This document shows, in pieces, positions 36,590 to 44,018 of a stretch of 44,018 bases of DNA (positions within the stretch are counted from its first letter, which is position 1; every line of letters begins with the position of its first letter). The position numbers and the translations under genes were made by a program. This DNA is from Thermofilum sp. (GTDB lineage: Archaea > Thermoproteota > Thermoprotei > Thermofilales > Thermofilaceae). The notes beneath the pieces were generated by a model. It worked only from the letters and a program-made list of their open reading frames with translations. It did not search any database and had not been told where the DNA came from. The stretch lies in the NCBI GenBank assembly GCA_023269735.1, contig JAGDWA010000043.1:1587-45604 (forward strand), in the 5' to 3' direction.

Positions 36590-36985
36590 TTAATCTCCCT
36601 CTTCGACGAGCTCGCTCAAGTCCATGCCGAGGATCCTCCTGGCGGCTTCCTCGGCGCCCAGGCTACCGATAAGATGCTCAAGGAGGGCCGGCACGCCCTC
36701 CCTTAGCCTGAACGCTACGCGCTTGCCGTCCCTCCGCTCAAAAACGAACCTCACGCCGCCCTCGCGGAGCTCGATGTTAAGCTTCCCGAGCGTGCAGCCC
36801 GTTGCGGCCTGCACCCCGTCGAGGGCGCACGTGAAGGGCCGCCGCCGGGGCATGTACACCGTACAGAAAAGGTCAGTCGACCTAGCCCCCAGCAGCTCGA
36901 CGGCGCGGAGGCCTATCTTGTAGCCCAGAACCAGCCACGGTCCCAGGTGCCCGTGCAGCCTGACGGCCTCCTCCAGGCTGAGCAT
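36590..36985 (-). CDS. FmdE-family protein
   Basis: HGHLGP.LVLG, C.LDG.Q..TGCT.GK.N motifs. Confidence 0.85.
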   Translation of the reverse strand: MLSLEEAVRLHGHLGPWLVLGYKIGLRAVELLGARSTDLFCTVYMPRRRPFTCALDGVQAATGCTLGKLNIELREGGVRFVFERRDGKRVAFRLREGVPALLEHLIGSLGAEEAARRILGMDLSELVEEGD

Positions 36986-37058
36986 GCACTGCCGTCGGGG
37001 CGCGATCTTAAAGCTTGCTTCGGTTAAGCTTAAGGAGTGGGTTCAAGCTTTCGCTAGC

Positions 37059-38951
37059 GTGGCGCGCGGGGTGATGGCAGGCTTGTCTGTGGCGTTCCTC
37101 CTTTTAGCCATGAGCGCCGGCGGCCAGGAGCTGAAGGTTTTCCCGGTGACCATCGAGATCGAGACGCAGTCCGACTGGACGACCGTGACGATAGAGGGCC
37201 TGTCCATCTCGAAGTACGAGGTGGTCGAGGGGGCGAGGGCCCCCGACCTGAGGGTCTCGGCTGGGGGGAGCACGGTGAGCATCGGGAAGAGGCAGTACGA
37301 CACGACGCGCGTGGTCGTCGATGTTGAGGGGTACATAGCGTTCGCGGGCGACGCGGTCGAAGTCGTAGTGGACAAGGGCGACCTCGAGTACACGACCGTC
37401 CGCGTGTACACCGTGGTGGAGGGAGCGCGCAAGCTCGTCTGGAACTTCACCAACAGTGGCGTGGTCCCCGGCAGCGGGGGCGTCAACACGCGCAGGGCGC
37501 GGCTGCCCGTTTCGGCGCTCGCGGGGGCGGAGTTGCGCGTCAGGGTCAGGGAGCCGGCGGTGCCGAAGATGGTGCTCGCCTTCTACTACCCCTGGTACGG
37601 GAACCCCCAGGGCGTTTCCGGCCGCTGGTACCACTGGGACATGGTCTCCTACAGGGAGATAGGGACTGCGACGGACTACCCGCTGCTCGGCCCCTACGAC
37701 TCGTGGGATCCCCGCGTCGTCAGGTCGCACATCAGGATGGCGAAGGCGGCCGGGATAGACGGCTTCGTGTCGTCGTGGTGGGGCCCCGGCACGTTCGAGG
37801 ACGAGGCCTTCGCCAGGATGCTCGACGTGGCCGCGGAGGAGGGCTTCAAGCTGACGATCTACTACGAGTCCGTGAGGGAGCTGACGGCCGACCAGATATC
37901 GGCCGAGCTCGCGTACGTCCTCAAGAGGTACTCGGGTCACCCGGCCTTCCTCCGCTTCGAGGGGAGGCCGGTCATCTTCGTCTACGCGGTGGGCGCCTAC
38001 CAGCGCTCGCCGAGCTTCTGGAGGGGCGTCATCGAGAGGGCAGAGAACTCCTCGGGGGTGAAGGCGGTCTGGATCGCCGACACCTTCGACACCGCCTACC
38101 TGTCCGTGTTCGACGGCCTCCACACGTACAACCCGATCTGGATCAGCGACCACCTGTCGACCTACCTGCGCGAGGCCAGGCTCGTCAAGTCCTACGTGGG
38201 GGTCCCGAGCGGCGGCGAGGTGGTCCGGAAGCTGTGGGTCGCTACCGTCAACCCCGGCTACGACGACCGCAAGATCCGCAAGCCGGGCACTTACGTGCCG
38301 AGGGAGGGTGGAGCCTACTACAGGCGGACCTGGGAGGCGGCGCTCGCTAGCGAGCCGGACGCGGTGCTGATCTGCACGTGGAGCGAGTGGCACGAGGGGA
38401 CGGAGGTCGAGCCGAGCAGGGAGTACGGCTTCGCCTACCTCGACCTCACCAGGGAGTACGCGGCCCGCTACAAGGCCTGGCAGCCGCCGCCGGCGCGGGC
38501 GCCCCAGATCGGCCTCAACCTCTCCGCCTCGGACAACCTCGTCACGATAGAGGTCGTCAACAGGGGGGACGAGCCGGCCGTGATCACCCAGCTCCTCGTG
38601 ACCAACGCGAGCCTGGGAGTGGCCGTGGAGCCCGAGGGCTTCAGGGCCTACAGGCTCCAGGTGAACTCCACGACCTCGGCCGCCTTCCTACCCTTCATCG
38701 GGCCGGGCGAGAGGGTGAGCATCAGAGCCGTCGCGACGGGGAGCCCCGTCAGGGTGCTCGCGCAGTCGTGGTCGGCGACGGGCCAGCGGGCCACCGCCGA
38801 GGCCGCCGTCGAGGCGAAGCCGGCCCAGCAGAGGCAGCCCAAGGTTACCGGTTCGGGCGGCGGGGCCCCCGCCTGGCAGTGGCCGCTCGCGGCCGCCGCG
38901 GCGGCGGGCGTCCTGCTGCTGAGGAGGCGCAGGAGGGGCCCTCACTCGTAG
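37059..38951 (+). CDS. Secreted, C-terminally anchored GH99-like glycoside hydrolase
   Basis: Signal peptide; AFYYPWYG, YP.LG.YDS.DP, AGIDGF..SWWG, YYE, PGYDD, WSEWHEGTEVEP; C-terminal TM followed by RRRRR. Confidence 0.82.
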   Translation: MARGVMAGLSVAFLLLAMSAGGQELKVFPVTIEIETQSDWTTVTIEGLSISKYEVVEGARAPDLRVSAGGSTVSIGKRQYDTTRVVVDVEGYIAFAGDAVEVVVDKGDLEYTTVRVYTVVEGARKLVWNFTNSGVVPGSGGVNTRRARLPVSALAGAELRVRVREPAVPKMVLAFYYPWYGNPQGVSGRWYHWDMVSYREIGTATDYPLLGPYDSWDPRVVRSHIRMAKAAGIDGFVSSWWGPGTFEDEAFARMLDVAAEEGFKLTIYYESVRELTADQISAELAYVLKRYSGHPAFLRFEGRPVIFVYAVGAYQRSPSFWRGVIERAENSSGVKAVWIADTFDTAYLSVFDGLHTYNPIWISDHLSTYLREARLVKSYVGVPSGGEVVRKLWVATVNPGYDDRKIRKPGTYVPREGGAYYRRTWEAALASEPDAVLICTWSEWHEGTEVEPSREYGFAYLDLTREYAARYKAWQPPPARAPQIGLNLSASDNLVTIEVVNRGDEPAVITQLLVTNASLGVAVEPEGFRAYRLQVNSTTSAAFLPFIGPGERVSIRAVATGSPVRVLAQSWSATGQRATAEAAVEAKPAQQRQPKVTGSGGGAPAWQWPLAAAAAAGVLLLRRRRRGPHS

Positions 38952-40195
38952 ATCCCCAGCCGCTTCCTGAAGTACTCGTCAACCTTTTTCTTCACCTCCT
39001 CCGGTATCTCCCGGTCGTAGGGCACCTCCTCAGCGTTGGCCACCTCGCGCACGAGCTCGAGGGCGAGGAAGCCGGCGACCTCGAACGCTAGCGGGTGGAG
39101 GCTGTCCGGCCCGTCGTCGGCGGTGTGCACGGCGTTGTTGGCCCCGCTGACTCTGAAGATGTTCACGGAGGGCACCCCCTGCCTGGCGAAGCTGGCGCTG
39201 TCGCTGGACATCACGTCCTCGGCCACCTCGACCCTGACCCCGTGCCTCTTCGCCAGGAACTCCAGCGCGTGCTTGAGGCTCTTCGACCCCGTCACCACCG
39301 CCCTCGTCGTCCCCAGGGCCCCGCCGTGCACGTCCAGGTTGACGACTAGCACGACGTTCCTGAGCTCGTCCTTGCGCGCCTCGACGTGCGCCAGCGAACC
39401 CCTGAGCCCCAGCTCCTCGCCAGAGAAGAGGGCGAAGCGCACCGTCCTCTTGAGGGCGGCCCCGCTGAGCGCCTTCGCCAGCGCCACCGCGAGGGCCACG
39501 CCCCCCGCGTTGTCCACGGCCCCCCGGACCCCGTAGACGCTGTCGAGGTGGGCCGTCACGTAGACGACCTCGTCCGGGTACTTCGTGCCCCTCCTCTCCG
39601 CGATCACGTTGAACGCCTCCACCTCCCTGTACTCCTGCCGCAGCGTCAACCTCACCCTCCTCGCGCCCAGCAGCCTCAGGGCGTCGGCGTACCTCACGTA
39701 GACGGCTGGCAGGCTCCCGTACCTCTCGCGCCACTCGTAGGGCACGTCGACCCTGCTGAGCCCCCTCTGCGGCGAGCTCTCCGCGATCACGAGGCCCGAG
39801 GCCCTGCCGGCCAGCCTCCTCCAGCCCTCCTTGTCGGGCCGCGTTGAGGCTAGCCCGATCCACCCCCTCGAGCTGGGGACGAGCAGGGGGTCACCCCCCT
39901 CGATGTACACGAGCTCGCCCTCCACCCCCTCCTCAGGCGTCTCGCCGCTGAACCCGACGCCCGAGCACTCCACCTCCCGCCTCTCGGGCTCGATGACCTC
40001 CAGCGCGGCGCGCTCGACTTCGAACACCCTGACCCTGAACGGCTCAAGCCTCACGTCGTAGCCGAAGCCGGACAGCTCCTTCACCACGAGCTCCCTCGCC
40101 CTCGCCTCGCCGTCGCTGCCGGTGAAGCGGGGCTGGGAGGCCAGGGCCCTCGCCAGCTCGTACGCGTAGAGGGACTCGGCGAAGAGCCTGAACAT
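38942..40195 (-). CDS. M28-family aminopeptidase with PA domain
   Basis: R.TGS.GE, AHLDS, GAVDNAGG, GEELGL.GS, NLD, SD..SF, HT..D motifs. Confidence 0.88.
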   Translation of the reverse strand: MFRLFAESLYAYELARALASQPRFTGSDGEARARELVVKELSGFGYDVRLEPFRVRVFEVERAALEVIEPERREVECSGVGFSGETPEEGVEGELVYIEGGDPLLVPSSRGWIGLASTRPDKEGWRRLAGRASGLVIAESSPQRGLSRVDVPYEWRERYGSLPAVYVRYADALRLLGARRVRLTLRQEYREVEAFNVIAERRGTKYPDEVVYVTAHLDSVYGVRGAVDNAGGVALAVALAKALSGAALKRTVRFALFSGEELGLRGSLAHVEARKDELRNVVLVVNLDVHGGALGTTRAVVTGSKSLKHALEFLAKRHGVRVEVAEDVMSSDSASFARQGVPSVNIFRVSGANNAVHTADDGPDSLHPLAFEVAGFLALELVREVANAEEVPYDREIPEEVKKKVDEYFRKRLGIYE

Positions 40196-40280
40196 GCGGT
40201 GGCCCGCTCCCGGGGAGCTTTTAAGCGTGGCTCCCAGCGGCTCCCGTGAGCCATATAAGGCCGCACGCGGGGGGCTGCGC

Positions 40281-40847
40281 GTGGGCTCCGACGCGGGGAA
40301 GGCCCTCCAGGACGCTCAGCTGAAGGCCGTCGAGGAGATCAGGAGCAGCGGCCCCAAGCTGCTGGTCGACGCGGTCATCGCGATCCTCGTGTGGGTCTTC
40401 GGGAAGTACGTCTTCATCCCCATTGCCTCAGAGTTCACCCTCTTCGGGATACCGCTGCCGCAGCTGGTCAGCCTGGTGATCCTGGTGGCGCTCGCCGTGC
40501 TCATCATCAGCATAGTGAGGGAGCTCCTGAGGATCATCGACGCGGTCTCCCTCGTTCTGGCGTACACGATCGGGTCGCGGCCCGGGGCCACCGAGGAGGA
40601 GTACGCCAGCTACAGGAGGGGTCTGAGGAGCATCTTCTACGTCCTGGTGGCCGCGCTCGCCTTCCTGGCCTTCAAGGACTACCTCAACATGTTCCACCCG
40701 CTGATCTCCGCGGTGATCCTCCTGGGCCTGGCCGTCTGGGCCGTCGTCACGCTGATGAGCGCCGGGAGGGCCTTCAGCAGGCTGGCCGAGCACTACGCCC
40801 ACCAGTGGGCGGCGGAGCTGGAGAGGAGGGTTCGGGGAGAGGGTTAG
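40281..40847 (+). CDS. Hypothetical 4-TM membrane protein
   Basis: Four hydrophobic segments. GTG start at 40281 downstream of CATATAAG. Confidence 0.7.
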   Translation: MGSDAGKALQDAQLKAVEEIRSSGPKLLVDAVIAILVWVFGKYVFIPIASEFTLFGIPLPQLVSLVILVALAVLIISIVRELLRIIDAVSLVLAYTIGSRPGATEEEYASYRRGLRSIFYVLVAALAFLAFKDYLNMFHPLISAVILLGLAVWAVVTLMSAGRAFSRLAEHYAHQWAAELERRVRGEG

Positions 40848-41278
40848 TGAGGCGGGAGGAGGCCGCCGCGCAGCTCAGCGCCGCCGTCTCGGCGTACCTG
40901 ACGGCGTTCCTCCTCTGGCTCCTGCTACTGGCCGTCTTCCTCCCGGCGGCCGAGCTCCACGCGGAGCCCCGCCTCCAGCCCCTCGTGGCCGCGGCCTTCC
41001 TGCTGGGGATCGCTCTGGAAGTGTACAGGGGGACGGCGAGCCTGCTGCGCTTCCTCGACGCTGCGGGGGCCGGGAGGGCCGCCAGGTTCGCGGCGTACGA
41101 GCTCGCGATAGCGATCGACGCGGCGCTGCTGGCGCCCGCGCTCCACGCGGTGTCACCCGCCCTGGGCGGAGCGGCCCTCGCCGTCGCCGCGCTGCTGGGC
41201 GCGCTGCTGGCGCTGTCCCACGCCGACGTCGTCGTGGCGGCCCTCATGAGGGGCCCCCGTCGCCCCCAGACCGCTTGA
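40847..41278 (+). CDS. Hypothetical 4-TM membrane protein, paralog of the upstream gene
   Basis: GTG overlaps the upstream TAG. This is the real part of the 40391..41278 ORF. Shares motif order with the upstream protein. Confidence 0.65.
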   Translation: MRREEAAAQLSAAVSAYLTAFLLWLLLLAVFLPAAELHAEPRLQPLVAAAFLLGIALEVYRGTASLLRFLDAAGAGRAARFAAYELAIAIDAALLAPALHAVSPALGGAALAVAALLGALLALSHADVVVAALMRGPRRPQTA

Positions 41279-42079
41279 CCAGCTGGCGGACGCGTGGAAG
41301 AAGAGGGGCCGCAGCGCGACCTCGAAGCGGTCGTGGACCCTCTTCCAGAGGGGCGTCTCCCAGCTGCCCGGCCCGTACACCTCCACCACCCTGTACCCGC
41401 AGCACTCGGCCTCGCTCGCGTCGAGGAGGCTCGCGGCTAGCCTGTAGGGGATCTTCTTGAGGGCCAGCCCGCCGACCACCCGCTCCTCGAGGTCCTCCAT
41501 GCTCTCGTACAGCTCCTCCGCCGCCACCAGCCTGCAGTCCTCGAAGACGTACAGCCCCCTCACGAAGCCGATCCGGCGGGAGCTGAATGAGACCCAGAAG
41601 CCGTCGAGGAAGCCGACGACCCCCCCGCCGCACACTTCCCGCGGCGGCTTCCACTCGTAGCCGCCCGGCGCGACCCGGGGCGCCATGACCGCTGAGCCCA
41701 CCTCGAGGGTCTCCCTGATCACCTGGAGGCGCTGGGTCTCGAAGAACCTCGAGACGTGGGGGTCACCGTACTTGCCCACCAGCCTCCCCACCCTCACGAC
41801 GCGCTCCCCGAGGGCCAGCAGGGCCCTGGCCGCGGACGAGAGGTAGGGGTCCCCCTCCACGACCTCCCTCAGCCCCTCCGCCAGCCTGCCCCCCTCCCAG
41901 AGCTCGATGAAGTGCGCCGCGTAGTACCCGTAGACCCCCAGCCGCGGCAGCGCTTCGCGGGCGAAGACGTAGAGGTGGACGCTCCCCTCCCCGTCCACCA
42001 GCAGGGCGTGGTCGCCGGCCCACCTGACCCTGAGCCCCAGAGACCTCGCGATCGCCTCCGCCGCCTCCCTTACGACCAC
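41153..42079 (-). CDS. Hypothetical protein
   Basis: Long ORF with host-like codon use. The last ~40 aa overlap the convergent gene and look like read-through. Confidence 0.6.
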   Translation of the reverse strand: MVVREAAEAIARSLGLRVRWAGDHALLVDGEGSVHLYVFAREALPRLGVYGYYAAHFIELWEGGRLAEGLREVVEGDPYLSSAARALLALGERVVRVGRLVGKYGDPHVSRFFETQRLQVIRETLEVGSAVMAPRVAPGGYEWKPPREVCGGGVVGFLDGFWVSFSSRRIGFVRGLYVFEDCRLVAAEELYESMEDLEERVVGGLALKKIPYRLAASLLDASEAECCGYRVVEVYGPGSWETPLWKRVHDRFEVALRPLFFHASASWSSGLGATGAPHEGRHDDVGVGQRQQRAQQRGDGEGRSAQGG

Positions 42080-42103
42080 GGGTCGTCGGCGGCAGAGGGC
42101 CCA

Positions 42104-42640
42104 TTATCCCTTGCGGAGCGCGAAATCGAAGTAGAAGGGCAGGGCGGCCCCCACGGACACGAGCTCGGGCAGCGCAGCCCCCCTCGGCACGCCGAGGCCC
42201 AGGTGGAGCGCCCAGGAGGCCGCGCCAACGGCAAGGGCCAGCAGCGCTAGCGCGCGCCTGGCCCCCCTGCTCCAGGCCGCGTACTCCGCCAGAAGGACCG
42301 CCAGGGAGAGGAAGAAGGCGACCGACACGTAGAAGTGCAGGCGGCCGTAGACCTCGTCGAAGACCGCCACCAGCGTGAGCAGGAAGCCGGCCGCGGCCAG
42401 CGTGGCGCCGATGTGGGGCGACCTGCGGACCGCGCACGTCAGGCCGTGGGCCGCGAGGAGGAAGCCGCCGGCGGCCAGCCCGAAGTTGAAGAGGGGGGCG
42501 ACGTTGCTCCTCGTCGCGTGCCCCAAGTCGCTCAGCGCGTTCTCGAGGAGCCTGAACCAGCCCGACGCTAGGGCGGCCGCTGCGATGAAGGCGAGGGGGA
42601 CGAGCACCGCGGATAGGGCCAGCGCCGCGCAGCGCTCCAC
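42104..42640 (-). CDS. DUF998-family membrane protein
   Basis: WF....NALSDLG, FN.GL, L.LVAVF.E.YG.LH..VS..FF, A.PE motifs. GTG at 42640. Confidence 0.78.
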   Translation of the reverse strand: MERCAALALSAVLVPLAFIAAAALASGWFRLLENALSDLGHATRSNVAPLFNFGLAAGGFLLAAHGLTCAVRRSPHIGATLAAAGFLLTLVAVFDEVYGRLHFYVSVAFFLSLAVLLAEYAAWSRGARRALALLALAVGAASWALHLGLGVPRGAALPELVSVGAALPFYFDFALRKG

Positions 42641-42688
42641 GGGGCCCGCGCGGGGCACCCTCTTTAAAGCTTGGGGGGCCCTCAGGGT

Positions 42689-43192
42689 GTGCCGGTCAGG
42701 ATAAGCCAGCTCCTCTACCCCCGGCTGACCGTCCTGATCACGACCTGCGACGCGAGGGGGAGGCCCAACGTGGCGACATTCTCCTTCGTGATGCCCGTGA
42801 GCTTCGAGCCGAAGTACGTGGCCTTCAGCGTGGCGCCCGATAGGCACACGTTCTCGAACCTCCGGGAGGTGCCGGAGTTCGTGGTCAACGTCCCGACCTT
42901 CGACATGCTCGCGAGGGTTTGGCTGTGCGGGAGGCGCTCCGGGAGGGACGTGGACAAGTTCAAGCTGGCCGGCCTCACGCCGGTCCCCAGCGTGAGGGTG
43001 AGGCCGCCCCGCGTCGGGGAGTGCCCGGTGCAGCTGGAGTGCGTCGTCGAGCTAGCGAGGGAGTTCGGCGACCACTGGCTCGTCGTAGGCCGCGTCGTCG
43101 AGGAGCACGTGGAGAGGGTCGACTTCGAGCCCCTGCTGCACCACACGTCGAGGAGGTTCATCAGGCCGGGCGCCGCGGTGGAGGCAGAGTAA
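42689..43192 (+). CDS. Flavin reductase-like FMN-binding protein
   Basis: YP...VLITT....G.PN, P.S.EP, HT..N......FVVN, CG..SGRDVDKF, LEC, GDH..VVG.V. TTTAAA at 42663 is shared with the divergent gene. Confidence 0.88.
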   Translation: MPVRISQLLYPRLTVLITTCDARGRPNVATFSFVMPVSFEPKYVAFSVAPDRHTFSNLREVPEFVVNVPTFDMLARVWLCGRRSGRDVDKFKLAGLTPVPSVRVRPPRVGECPVQLECVVELAREFGDHWLVVGRVVEEHVERVDFEPLLHHTSRRFIRPGAAVEAE

Positions 43193-43280
43193 CGAGCCCA
43201 CCGGGGAGCTCAAACCTTGCCCTAAGTTTTCCAGGGGGTTTCGGAGACCGAGGTCGCCCTCGAGCTGGGCCCTCAGCTCC

Positions 43281-43430
43281 CTGATCATCGCGTCGGGCCC
43301 GCCGAGCGCTACCCCGCGCTCGGGCGGCGGGTGCGGCCACGCGTCGAGGGGGGCCCGCGCCCACCGCGGCCTCTTCCGGTGCCCCCGGTGCGGGCTCGCT
43401 ATCGACGCGGATGCGAAAACCGCGAAAAGG
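43281..43430 (+). pseudogene. Decayed TnpB (IS200/IS605) C-terminal fragment
   Basis: One frame reads LIIASGPPSATPRSGGGCGHASRGARAHRGLFRCPRCGLAIDADAKTAKR, aligning to the TnpB pattern V.P..TS..C..CG...R..RGLF.C..CG....AD.NAA.N. First Cys is lost; no N-terminal part or start codon. Confidence 0.7.
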
Positions 43431-43686
43431 CGAGAAGCAAGAGATACACCCGCCACAACTAGAAACCATAGTAAAGTAAACAAACGTAGTACTAGCTAGT
43501 AGAAAACATAACTCTATGGGGGGTAACCGGGAGCCGGCTCCCCACTGCGCGGGCCGGCGAGCTTTAATCCACCTCCCCCATGAACAGCTCGATGCTGGCC
43601 CGCACAGTGCTGAGAGGCGCGTTGACTAAAAGTGCGCTGCGCCTTGCGGATTCGATGCGTGGGGCTGATGCGAAATGTCCCGGCAT

Positions 43687-43917
43687 CTAGAACCCGAGGT
43701 CCTTCAGCTCCGGTATCGCTGAAGCCGCCTCCCTCAGGGATTCGAGCGCCATGCAGAAGGCCCAGCCCGTCCTCGCCGCCACAAGCTGGGAGATGAGTGA
43801 GTCTATCAGCGCGCGCTTCGCCGGGTCGCCCTCGTACTTCCCCCTCAGCTCGTAGAGCTTCTTCACGATGTACATCCTGTAGATCATAGCGATGAACCCG
43901 GAGATCATGCTCCACAA
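43687..43917 (-). CDS. Small hypothetical protein
   Basis: 76-aa ORF with host-like codons. ATAAAT lies upstream on the minus strand. True start may be an internal ATG. Confidence 0.55.
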   Translation of the reverse strand: MWSMISGFIAMIYRMYIVKKLYELRGKYEGDPAKRALIDSLISQLVAARTGWAFCMALESLREAASAIPELKDLGF

Positions 43918-44018
43918 CCTTGCGCTGCAAGGCTCAAAACGCGCATTTATCCCTTTGCCGCGCTGATGCGCGGTGCCCGGGGGAGGTGAGCGCGGGCGGC
44001 CACCTGGGAGGGCAAGCA

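Noticed and set aside
43220..43250. ORB-like TTCCAGGGGG / TGGAAAAC
   Set aside because: Single poor match, not repeated.
1..44018. CRISPR arrays, cas genes, inteins, provirus
   Set aside because: No regularly spaced repeats seen. RFC, RadA-like, aIF5B and Cdc6 have normal lengths, and no viral hallmark genes were recognised.

Overview
Very GC-rich crenarchaeal (Thermoproteota) chromosomal segment, most consistent with Thermofilales: 23S rRNA 3' end with no linked 5S, a non-canonical tRNA intron, and frequent GTG starts. Most of it is housekeeping: nadE, rpoP, psmB, aCPSF1/FttA, RIO1, aIF1A, NMD3, uL16, TrmJ, aIF5B, eS6, aIF2-gamma, RFC-S, Cdc6, apgM, a RadA-family protein and a DNA ligase. 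Several features lie outside the ORF track: (i) three double-guide box C/D sRNAs with non-consensus boxes (D = CCGA), whose six guides match conserved 16S/23S rRNA segments as I recall them; (ii) tRNA-Pro(CGG) with a 21-nt BHB-type intron in the variable loop; (iii) rpoP; (iv) a decayed TnpB fragment near the right end. Poorly characterised modules are: two paralogous ABC exporter + DUF1854 units (one fused and coupled to a split UxaA-family dehydratase with an altered motif); a SerK-like kinase / ATP-cone protein / apgM / wHTH / degenerate RadA-like / RadA-like operon; an arginine synthetase-like gene coupled to agmatinase; an RHH gene with operator-like inverted repeats; and a membrane-anchored GH99-like glycosidase. 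All family calls come from motif recognition by eye; no searches were run.
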